DNA of 64,000 nucleotides from a virus, in the IMG/VR virus record IMGVR_UViG_3300030012_002034, positions 1-64,000 of that record; one strand, given 5' to 3'. The notes below the pieces were generated by a model, which was not told the DNA's origin, did not search any database, and was given only the letters and a program-made list of their open reading frames with translations. Made by a program: the position numbers and the translations under genes. Below are positions 39,498 through 47,319 of this stretch, in pieces; within the stretch, counting starts at the first letter, position 1, and every line of letters begins with the position of its first letter.

Positions 39498-40469
39498 TTA
39501 GCTTTTAAACATATCATAATACTTAGAATACATTGCCTTTCTATTTGCTCTATGTATACTTTCTAGCTCTTTAAAGTTAGGCATATTAACTACACTTAAT
39601 GCATTATTTCTAGCAGGTCTTAATTTCTGCTCTATTAATTGCATTCTTTGAGCTACATCTTCTCCATTAATATATAAGTTTTCTAAAATTCTTGATTTAA
39701 TAGCATATTCATAATATTCATTTAATAAAGGATGATCTGGAACAAGTAAGTTGCCATCATGATCCTCCATTGTTCCTTGGTAATTTAAATATACTTTCCC
39801 TGTATTAAAATTTGTACATAAAAATCCATTTTTAATATAACCTTCATTTGTACTACTAATATATAGATTGGGACATTGAGCTTCAATGTTTCTATTAGGC
39901 TTCATTTTTAAAGGTAAGAAATTTCTAGAAACATATGCATTGCCTCCAGCTACAATTTGTATAAGTTCAAACTTATCATTTTTACAATTTGTAAATACTC
40001 TTGGTTTAATACATGTATCTCCAAATACTCCAATTGATTTGTTTAAATCTACATTAGAAGGCAAACATCCCGCAGCTGTATTTTGACAAGGGTTAGAATT
40101 ACAAGCTGAACAGTTTACAGTAGGAGCAGCACATGGATCTGTAGATGCAGGAGTTTCTGTATAAGGAACTTCTTGTATGTTAGTTCCTCCTATATCGTAA
40201 CCTACAGTTTTAATAAAATCTCCACAAATATATGCTAAATTAAAAGTATCAAAATCATCAGGTAACCTAACTTTTCCATGACATACATCTAGTATAACTT
40301 CTTTAGTTTGATTAATTCTTAACCCAAGATCATAATTTACTTTTCTAGCTATTTTAATTAACTGTTGGGGCTCTATCTTATTTTCTAAGGCAAGTCCTGT
40401 CATATCAACTGAAACATCTTCTATAAGCTGATCATAGGTTCTATATTTAAGTGTATAATTGTGATCCAT
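39498..40469 (-). CDS. Tail ring/tubular protein with a Cys-rich insertion
   Basis: 323 aa. LPDDF and TNFNTGKVYLNYQG...GNLLVPD motifs are typical of crAss tail tubular proteins, and the synteny fits. Confidence 0.7.
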   Translation of the reverse strand: MDHNYTLKYRTYDQLIEDVSVDMTGLALENKIEPQQLIKIARKVNYDLGLRINQTKEVILDVCHGKVRLPDDFDTFNLAYICGDFIKTVGYDIGGTNIQEVPYTETPASTDPCAAPTVNCSACNSNPCQNTAAGCLPSNVDLNKSIGVFGDTCIKPRVFTNCKNDKFELIQIVAGGNAYVSRNFLPLKMKPNRNIEAQCPNLYISSTNEGYIKNGFLCTNFNTGKVYLNYQGTMEDHDGNLLVPDHPLLNEYYEYAIKSRILENLYINGEDVAQRMQLIEQKLRPARNNALSVVNMPNFKELESIHRANRKAMYSKYYDMFKS

Positions 40470-41143
40470 TATCTAAGAACATTTTGATTATCATCTGCAC
40501 CATTTGCTGGTACTTTCATAGTAGTAGTTAATTCTTGTATAACCATTTGCTCTACTTCAGCATACAAATATTCAGGAATACCCATTTGCTCATTTTGTCT
40601 TAAAGAGCATTTAGCAGGATCATCATCACAAAGGAATGGAGCTATACTTCCTTCAAAGGCTCCTTCTATTCTAACCGCATCCCATTCTAAATTTGGAAAA
40701 TATAAATATCCATTTAAAAACCAAAAGTAGAATCTATTATTATATTTAAACGAAGTTAATTTTGTCATTGATGTATAGGTACCGGGATCAGTTCTATATA
40801 ATTCAATTGATCCATCAAGTGAAGAAACTGTTCTAATTACAGGTCCATTTAACCCATCAAGAAATCCAGGCATTTTATATCTAGATCTTTTTATAATACA
40901 TCCTGATTGTATTCCTGCACAAGAAGCTTCTACTTTATCTACTTCTATAAGTTCTACATTTGGAAGAACATTAAATATAGAACTTAGTTTCATAAGTCTA
41001 TTATTAACATCTTCTCTTTTTATTAAAGCTTGTGCATATTTAATAATAGCATAGTAGATAGTTCTATCAGTTAAGAAAGGATCTTCTTTAACTGCTTTAA
41101 GAACATTTCTTACTCTTGATATTACTTGTCCTACCGTGGTCAT
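40469..41143 (-). CDS. Tail ring protein
   Basis: 224 aa with YFWFLNGYLYF...VRIEGAFE. Lies between the IHF-like and tubular genes, as in crAss-like phages. Confidence 0.65.
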   Translation of the reverse strand: MTTVGQVISRVRNVLKAVKEDPFLTDRTIYYAIIKYAQALIKREDVNNRLMKLSSIFNVLPNVELIEVDKVEASCAGIQSGCIIKRSRYKMPGFLDGLNGPVIRTVSSLDGSIELYRTDPGTYTSMTKLTSFKYNNRFYFWFLNGYLYFPNLEWDAVRIEGAFEGSIAPFLCDDDPAKCSLRQNEQMGIPEYLYAEVEQMVIQELTTTMKVPANGADDNQNVLR

Positions 41144-41676
41144 ATATCTTTATTTAATATGTTACTATCATAGAGAGCCCTAACTTTTTTTGTAGGTTCT
41201 ATTTCCATATATATTGGCCAATTATCAGAATACGCTTTGGATACATTTCTTTTAAATCCTCTGCATGCATCTAGTTTCCAATACTCTCTATGTTTAAATT
41301 GATACTTAGGAGCGTAGTTACTATAAAATATTTTAGCAAGCTTTCCATCTGTTTCCCAGTTTTTATTTCTTACTTTTATTCCATATTTAATTGACTTTCC
41401 TAAATCAATATTATTTTCATTATTAGTTTTACAAGTACCAATAAAAATCCATCCTAAACTTTCTGGAAGTTCAACTCCATCTCTATTGTTTATAACTTCC
41501 TGACAAACATATTTATTAAAGCTTTTTATAATTTGATATATCTCAGATGTTTTCTTTTCTTTATACTCCGGATACTTTTTAAAAAATCTTTTATAAAAAT
41601 CATCATTTATTATATGATGTACTTTTTTTCTATATCTTGGCGCTTTTAAGTCAGGTTTATTAAAACTTTTATCCAT
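41140..41676 (-). CDS. HU/IHF-like DNA-binding protein (crAss tail-module type)
   Basis: 178 aa, basic. Helix-helix then GVELPESLGWIFIG, at the conserved position just upstream of the tail ring genes. Confidence 0.6.
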   Translation of the reverse strand: MDKSFNKPDLKAPRYRKKVHHIINDDFYKRFFKKYPEYKEKKTSEIYQIIKSFNKYVCQEVINNRDGVELPESLGWIFIGTCKTNNENNIDLGKSIKYGIKVRNKNWETDGKLAKIFYSNYAPKYQFKHREYWKLDACRGFKRNVSKAYSDNWPIYMEIEPTKKVRALYDSNILNKDI

Positions 41677-41687
41677 GCTACTTATTA

Positions 41688-41716
41688 ATTAATATACTAA
41701 ATTTAAATGAGTTTAA
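41688..41716 (-). promoter_or_regulatory. Candidate late-promoter motif
   Basis: TTAAACT-N13-TATATTAAT just downstream of the terminator and upstream of the IHF-like/tail operon. Confidence 0.5.
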
Positions 41717-41734
41717 CAAGTATAAAGATAACAT

Positions 41735-41769
41735 AAAAAACAAAACCCCCACTTGTGTGAGGGCTTTGT
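41735..41769 (-). terminator. Rho-independent terminator
   Basis: Minus strand ACAAAGCCCUCAC-ACAA-GUGGGGGUUUUGU (13-bp stem with G-U pairs) followed by UUUUU. Confidence 0.85.
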
Positions 41770-41808
41770 CCTTGTTAGTCACAGAACCAACAAAACTGCG
41801 ACATGTCT
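41735..41808 (-). ncRNA. Candidate 3'UTR-derived small RNA: hairpin with loop UUUUGUUGGUU plus terminator
   Basis: Stem GUCGCAG/CUGUGAC (41802-41796 / 41784-41778) encloses an 11-nt loop (41795-41785) complementary to (A)ACCAACA(AAA) motifs at several gene starts. Confidence 0.45.
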
Positions 41809-42360
41809 TTATCCAATTACTATAGCTCTTACTTTATCATAAGTAGAACCACTAGATAATGTTATTGTAATGTCTCCTGTACTACCATTTATAGTAATAT
41901 CAGTTGTAGCTTCAGCTGTCATTCTTTTCCAAGTTGTAGTTCCTGTAGTATAATAATAAACATCTATTGTAAAATCTACTTTATCTTGTACAGGAGTAAG
42001 ACCTCCGTTAGGAATAAAACAACCATCTTTTAAACCATTACAAGCAGTAAGCTCGGCTTGAGTAATAGTTATAGGTGTTCCTGATCCTGATGTTGCTAAT
42101 GAAGCCCACTCTTTAATAAATTTGTTAGTAGTGCTAGAACATATTAATGTTACAATGTTTGTAAGTGCTGTATCAATAAAAGTATTTTGAGGAACTATTG
42201 TATTAGTACCACATGCTAACGCAGAACCTGTGTATCTAGTACATTTAGCATCTACTACTTCTGAACACTGTACTGTTTCAGCACATGCCTCTGGATCTGG
42301 ACAAGGAGCTGGAGATGGTAAAAATTTATCATCACATCCGCATTTTTCACAATTTGTCAT
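41809..42360 (-). CDS. Cys-rich structural protein (fibre/appendage candidate)
   Basis: 183 aa. The N-terminal Cys motif is shared with the 630-aa neighbour, and the C-terminus is beta-rich. Confidence 0.5.
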   Translation of the reverse strand: MTNCEKCGCDDKFLPSPAPCPDPEACAETVQCSEVVDAKCTRYTGSALACGTNTIVPQNTFIDTALTNIVTLICSSTTNKFIKEWASLATSGSGTPITITQAELTACNGLKDGCFIPNGGLTPVQDKVDFTIDVYYYTTGTTTWKRMTAEATTDITINGSTGDITITLSSGSTYDKVRAIVIG

Positions 42361-42378
42361 TTTCTAATTTTTTAATTT

Positions 42379-44271
42379 TTAACAAGTTTTAGATGGTTGA
42401 ATATCTGTAGTACATGGATCTATAAAACAAGTTAATCCATCTAAACTAAATTTAAATCCACCTACTTGATCATGTCTAGATGCATCCAATCCAAATGAAT
42501 AATCTGCATAACCTCCTGCACCATCTGAATGTGTTCCAAATCCTAAACCAGGTCCTGTTGCAATTGTTGAACCATTAGTCCAAGTTGTTGGTGTTGTTCC
42601 GGTAGCTATAAAAGTTACTTTAGTAGCATTGGCTCCTGCACCAACATTACTAAAATTATCACCTGTTTGAAAATTATATATTGTATACATTTGACCAACT
42701 ACAAGAGTACCTGAAGTTTGATAAGAAGGTTCAGTACGTATTGCATTACTATGTAAAGTTCCAATTGGACCTTGATCATAATTAGGAACTGAAGCACTGG
42801 CTACAGCAAATGTTGTTATAAAGTTAGCAGCAGAAGATCCTAAAAGGGGAGCTGAATCTGAAGTATTAGTTTCTAAATTATTTAATGTTTTAAAATATAA
42901 TTTTTTATCTGCTGAAATAGATACTTCCATAAAAGCAGTCATAAGAACTGTACCTGTATCTACAGCTACTTGTCTTGTTGCTACAATATTACCTCCTCCT
43001 AATGTAACAAGATTTTCAAAGTTTGTTCCAGTATTCATGATAGTTGTAGGAACAATAGAATTATTTTCATTAAAATATGCTGTAGTTACACCACTACCAG
43101 TTATAGCACTAACTCCTCCTGTTACACCTAATGCAGTTGCAGATCTTGTTATAGTTCTATAAGTATCTACATTACTCATAGCTTCTATTCCTGAACTACC
43201 TCCATTCATTAAAGGTATAAAAACATCTCCTCTAAAGTGAACTACATTACCAATTCTTCTTGCTTGAGGTTTACCTACAGTTCCACCTTGATGATCAAAA
43301 CCAGATAAGTCTTTCCATCCAGTATCTACTATTTTAGCACTAAGTGTAACACCCATATCGCCATATGTAGCATCTTTAGTTACTGTTAAGTCAATAGTAT
43401 TAGTATCTGTTACTTTAACTTCATATGTAGCTAGAAAATTATAAGTATCACATAAAGCAATCCATATATTATTTATAGCAGATGCCATTGTAGTATTACT
43501 TACATCAGTAATCCAGCTTCCTGCATATTTTGTAATCATATTCTGACCTGATGCAGAAAATAAAGCTAAGTCAGCATCTAATATACATTTTCTAGATATT
43601 GCATCTGTAATTGTAGTATTACCACCTGTTAATGCTCTAAAAGAACAGTAACCATAAGTTGAATCATTAACTAAAGCAGTAAGAATATCAGTTAAGGTGT
43701 GAGATGTTCCTGATGTAACAGTACTACTTAAATCGCAAGCTACTGTAAAACTAGGCATAGTAAAACTAGGAGCTGGAGCATTTTCTAATGCATCAACTCT
43801 AATATCTAAACTGTTAATTTGATTTTGAAGTAAGCTTATATCTGTTATTAATGAACATACTTTTCTAGCAATTAAAGTTACATAATCAGTTAAGTTCATT
43901 GTGGTTTCTTCTCCTGTAATTAAACAAGATTCAATTGTCATAATACAACTATTAGGACAATCACCTGATGAGCTTGATGTAGAATCTGTTGTACTTACAC
44001 TTTCTAAAGCACAAATTCTTTTTATTAATAATTGAATTAATTCCTCAAACTTTGCTGGAGGACATGTAGCTAAACTAAAACAAGAAAGATCATAACTACT
44101 TACTTTTAAAGAAGTCATGATTGTACAAAGCTCAGTAGCTAATTTACTAACAGTATCAGATATAGTATCTCCTGTACATAGATTTATACATGATATATCA
44201 GGCCCAGCCCAAATAACACAGTTGGAGGACTGAGGTGCACAAGGAGAGTTATCAGCATTAATAGGTTTCAT
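42379..44271 (-). CDS. Tail fibre/spike-like protein
   Basis: 630 aa. Cys-rich N-terminus, coiled coil (LLQNQINSLDIRVDALE), DTGWKDL...ARRIGNVVHFRG fibre-tip-like motif, and a Thr/Gly-rich C-terminus. Confidence 0.65.
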   Translation of the reverse strand: MKPINADNSPCAPQSSNCVIWAGPDISCINLCTGDTISDTVSKLATELCTIMTSLKVSSYDLSCFSLATCPPAKFEELIQLLIKRICALESVSTTDSTSSSSGDCPNSCIMTIESCLITGEETTMNLTDYVTLIARKVCSLITDISLLQNQINSLDIRVDALENAPAPSFTMPSFTVACDLSSTVTSGTSHTLTDILTALVNDSTYGYCSFRALTGGNTTITDAISRKCILDADLALFSASGQNMITKYAGSWITDVSNTTMASAINNIWIALCDTYNFLATYEVKVTDTNTIDLTVTKDATYGDMGVTLSAKIVDTGWKDLSGFDHQGGTVGKPQARRIGNVVHFRGDVFIPLMNGGSSGIEAMSNVDTYRTITRSATALGVTGGVSAITGSGVTTAYFNENNSIVPTTIMNTGTNFENLVTLGGGNIVATRQVAVDTGTVLMTAFMEVSISADKKLYFKTLNNLETNTSDSAPLLGSSAANFITTFAVASASVPNYDQGPIGTLHSNAIRTEPSYQTSGTLVVGQMYTIYNFQTGDNFSNVGAGANATKVTFIATGTTPTTWTNGSTIATGPGLGFGTHSDGAGGYADYSFGLDASRHDQVGGFKFSLDGLTCFIDPCTTDIQPSKTC

Positions 44272-44283
44272 AGTCTTTATATT

Positions 44284-44297
44284 TATAATATAGTTAT
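44284..44297 (-). promoter_or_regulatory. Candidate late-promoter motif
   Basis: AACTATATTATA upstream of the 630-aa fibre gene. Confidence 0.4.
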
Positions 44298-44302
44298 AAT
44301 TC

Positions 44303-46144
44303 TCAAGAACTGCAAGTCTTAGGGGTAGAACAATTACACGTTGAACAAGTACTCTGATTACAGCCGCAACTACTAGGTACTGTAGAACATGTATAATTAG
44401 GATCTATTAATGCTTGAAGTTCAATTAATTCTTTTTTAATAGTCCATTTATCAATTTCTTCCGGACAACAACTAGATATACCATATCTTTTTTGTACTAC
44501 AGACTTATAAAGTTGTTCTCCAAAGTTACATGATATCTTTTCATATTTTTCTATTGAACATGCTGGTGTATTATATCCTGGTTTAATTTTCTTAACAGGG
44601 TATACTTGAGCAGGACATGTCCAAGGAGAATCTGCATTTGCTTGAGTACAATTTCCATGAAATAAAGGTAAAGTACCAGTATTCCATCTGATTACACAAT
44701 ACCTTTTACTTCTAGATTTAGCAGCAACAGATTCAGTAGTTTGTAAAATTCCATTACAATCTATATAAGTAAATGTAGCTGCTTCTGTTCCTTCATTATA
44801 TATGGTTGAACATCTACATGCAAAATCTTTTAAACACGTTGCACAATCAGAATATTGTGAATGAAAAGTAACTCCTACAGGATTTACAGGAACACCTGTA
44901 AAGGTAGAAACTGTAAAGCATTTTTCACAATTTTGAAGTTGAATTACCCTACCAACATAAGCTGATAAATCTGTGCTTGTATATGTAATAGGATCAGCAC
45001 CATCACATGATGTTAGTTTATAGTATGTTGTTTTACACTCTTGACATGTGTCAAAACCACCAGCTTGGATAACTACTGTTGTATCACTAGGAGGTGCTAC
45101 ATTTATTTCTTCAACCGTGTAGCATCCGCAAGGATCAGCTAACTCTACTACTTTATTTTTATACTCTGATAAATCCTGAGTAGTATATACTATTTCTTCT
45201 TCATTATCACAAGAAGTTAGTCTGTAAGCTATTGTAGGTTTGCAAGCCTCACAACTAACATAATCAAATCTAACTATAACATCAATTGGACACTCACAAT
45301 CACCAGACTGAATAGCTACAGTATAACATCCAGAATGACCTTCTATAGTAACTACATTACCTAAGTAAGCAAATAAATTCTGTGATTTACTATTTATTAC
45401 AACACCTGTTGTACATTCTGTAAGTTTATAACAAATCTCAGGACACTTACCGTCTATACAAGCCGTACTTGTAGTAATAGTCCCAGAACCATCTGAATCA
45501 AAAACTGGTTTAGTTAAAGCACAAACTTGAACTGGAGCTAATACTCCTGAACGTGCTATATTATCACAACCAACATAACTAATAGTTCCTGTTCCTGTAA
45601 CTGTATAACATTTGCATGTACAAGCACTACAAGCAGAAGCATAAGTTACAGTAGTAGTTACTCCTGAGCATTCATTTGGTGATTCTTGTACAAACCAACA
45701 ATCTGAATTATCATTGATTGTTATAAATGTATTTACATAAGCTGAAAGATCAGTAATTGTAAGAAAGGAATTACCATCACAGTTTGTTAATCTAAAACAA
45801 GGAGTTACACAAGTAGGACATATTGAATAATCAGCATCTAGAGGTTGTTTATCTTCACATGTCATCTTACCAGTATAGCCAAAACTAGTATCTTGTAAGG
45901 CATCAAATGCTAAAACTGTTGCAACATCAGCTTGTTTTGCCTCAACATAATAACACTTGTTATTTTCAAGTGGTTTAGTTGATCCATCAGTAGCTGTATA
46001 ATTAGTAGTAGAACCTTGATATAAATATACAGAATCTGGACCCCAAAAAGGATTCCAACTAGATTTATCTAGTCTTACATTAAATTGAATTGATGGATCA
46101 CAACAATCTGTTAATGTATAATATCTTATGGAGTTTGTTGACAT
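44303..46144 (-). CDS. Cys-rich tandem-repeat structural protein
   Basis: 613 aa with about 5 copies of [YF]xLTxC..DLSxY..C[YFW]xV..CxxC. Confidence 0.6.
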   Translation of the reverse strand: MSTNSIRYYTLTDCCDPSIQFNVRLDKSSWNPFWGPDSVYLYQGSTTNYTATDGSTKPLENNKCYYVEAKQADVATVLAFDALQDTSFGYTGKMTCEDKQPLDADYSICPTCVTPCFRLTNCDGNSFLTITDLSAYVNTFITINDNSDCWFVQESPNECSGVTTTVTYASACSACTCKCYTVTGTGTISYVGCDNIARSGVLAPVQVCALTKPVFDSDGSGTITTSTACIDGKCPEICYKLTECTTGVVINSKSQNLFAYLGNVVTIEGHSGCYTVAIQSGDCECPIDVIVRFDYVSCEACKPTIAYRLTSCDNEEEIVYTTQDLSEYKNKVVELADPCGCYTVEEINVAPPSDTTVVIQAGGFDTCQECKTTYYKLTSCDGADPITYTSTDLSAYVGRVIQLQNCEKCFTVSTFTGVPVNPVGVTFHSQYSDCATCLKDFACRCSTIYNEGTEAATFTYIDCNGILQTTESVAAKSRSKRYCVIRWNTGTLPLFHGNCTQANADSPWTCPAQVYPVKKIKPGYNTPACSIEKYEKISCNFGEQLYKSVVQKRYGISSCCPEEIDKWTIKKELIELQALIDPNYTCSTVPSSCGCNQSTCSTCNCSTPKTCSS

Positions 46145-46150
46145 TTTATA

Positions 46151-46309
46151 TTAAGTTGTTTCCTCTCTTCTTTTAATTGCTTTTAATTTTAAGTCTTCTT
46201 CATATTTAGATGCGCACATATTACATACTTTTGTGCCATCTGAAGCAGTTCTTAATTGACAACTACAATTCATTGTAGCTCCGCAGTTTGGACATCTTGA
46301 CGTTCCCAT
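46151..46309 (-). CDS. Small Cys-rich (Zn-ribbon-like) protein, 52 aa, absent from the ORF track
   Basis: MGTSRCPNCGATMNCSCQLRTASDGTKVCNMCASKYEEDLKLKAIKRREETT. It fills the intergenic gap and has an AACCAACAAA leader. Confidence 0.75.
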   Translation of the reverse strand: MGTSRCPNCGATMNCSCQLRTASDGTKVCNMCASKYEEDLKLKAIKRREETT

Positions 46310-46329
46310 AGTTTGTTGGTTTTATTTAT

Positions 46330-46872
46330 TTAACAATTAGTACAATTCATCTTTCCTAATAACTTACACGCATAATTATATAATGTCATTCCTTTTTGAG
46401 GTTCATGACAATATTCTACTTTAGCTTTTGCTGCTTCAAGATACATTTTAATTAAACGTAATTGCTCCAGTTTTTTCTTTATATCAGCTGGAGGGTCACA
46501 AGCAGATACATCAATATCACACAATATTTTATTATATTTTATTAATGCATCAGTAATTCTTAAATGATTATAAGTAACAAATACTACATCATTTGGTGAT
46601 ACACTATATTTTATAATGTATACTCCATCGGGAAGATTAGCATATTTTTCACCGCAATCTTCTGTCTGTAGGTTTAAATCACAGGCAGTTATAGTTTTAG
46701 TAAAATTTTCTGTAACATTTAACTGTATAGAAAATCCATATCCAGGAACAGTAATATTTAAATGTGTACAGTTTACATCAATTAAACTTGAATAAACACT
46801 TGTATCTACAACTCTCATTATACATGAGTTCATAACTGTAGGCACTTCTAAACTTAATACGTGATTTGCCAT
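46330..46872 (-). CDS. Structural protein (tail hub/adaptor-like)
   Basis: 180 aa with NLPDGVYIIKYSVSP, a motif I recall from crAss-like tail hub genes, and a helical Cys-containing C-terminus. Confidence 0.5.
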   Translation of the reverse strand: MANHVLSLEVPTVMNSCIMRVVDTSVYSSLIDVNCTHLNITVPGYGFSIQLNVTENFTKTITACDLNLQTEDCGEKYANLPDGVYIIKYSVSPNDVVFVTYNHLRITDALIKYNKILCDIDVSACDPPADIKKKLEQLRLIKMYLEAAKAKVEYCHEPQKGMTLYNYACKLLGKMNCTNC

Positions 46873-46883
46873 AATATATATTT

Positions 46884-47240
46884 TTAAAGTTCAAATATAC
46901 CTACTTCTAAAACAGGTGTACCTGACGCAGCATCAGCTTGAAGATCTACTAATGTTGCCCAAGGGAAGAATGCAAATTCTCCAGGACCTAATGTCATATA
47001 ATGATCTCCACCCTCTGATTTTACTAAATTGATATCAATAGTAGAATCTATATTTTTTACATATACAAAAGCTTTTGTATAAGAAGCTGCAGCTACAATA
47101 TTAGAAGCTGTAGTGCTTATTGTAATTCTTTTTAGCTCTACATTTTTCTCAACATTAATAAGATCAGTTATAGTCATGTTAATTACATCAGAAGTAAGAT
47201 CACTACTGGTTAAAACTAATTTTGCATTTAATGTTCCCAT
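46884..47240 (-). CDS. Hypothetical beta-sandwich structural protein
   Basis: 118 aa, beta-rich (AFVYVKNID...LGPGEFAFFPW). Confidence 0.55.
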   Translation of the reverse strand: MGTLNAKLVLTSSDLTSDVINMTITDLINVEKNVELKRITISTTASNIVAAASYTKAFVYVKNIDSTIDINLVKSEGGDHYMTLGPGEFAFFPWATLVDLQADAASGTPVLEVGIFEL

Positions 47241-47251
47241 ATTTTATTTTT

Positions 47252-47292
47252 AAAAAAAAAGGAGAGGAAAGATAACTCTAACCTCTCCCTTT
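47252..47292 (-). terminator. Rho-independent terminator after the 526-aa gene
   Basis: Minus strand GGAGAGG-N14-CCUCUCC followed by U9. Confidence 0.8.
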
Positions 47293-47319
47293 AGGTTTAT
47301 TATTGAATTCAACTAGTGA

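Noticed and set aside
41803-41826. Plus-strand micro-ORF MSFIQLL following the plus-strand AACCAACAAAA
   Set aside because: It has only 7 codons, is antisense to a gene end and has no evident promoter. The stem pairs better on the minus strand (G-U rather than A-C).
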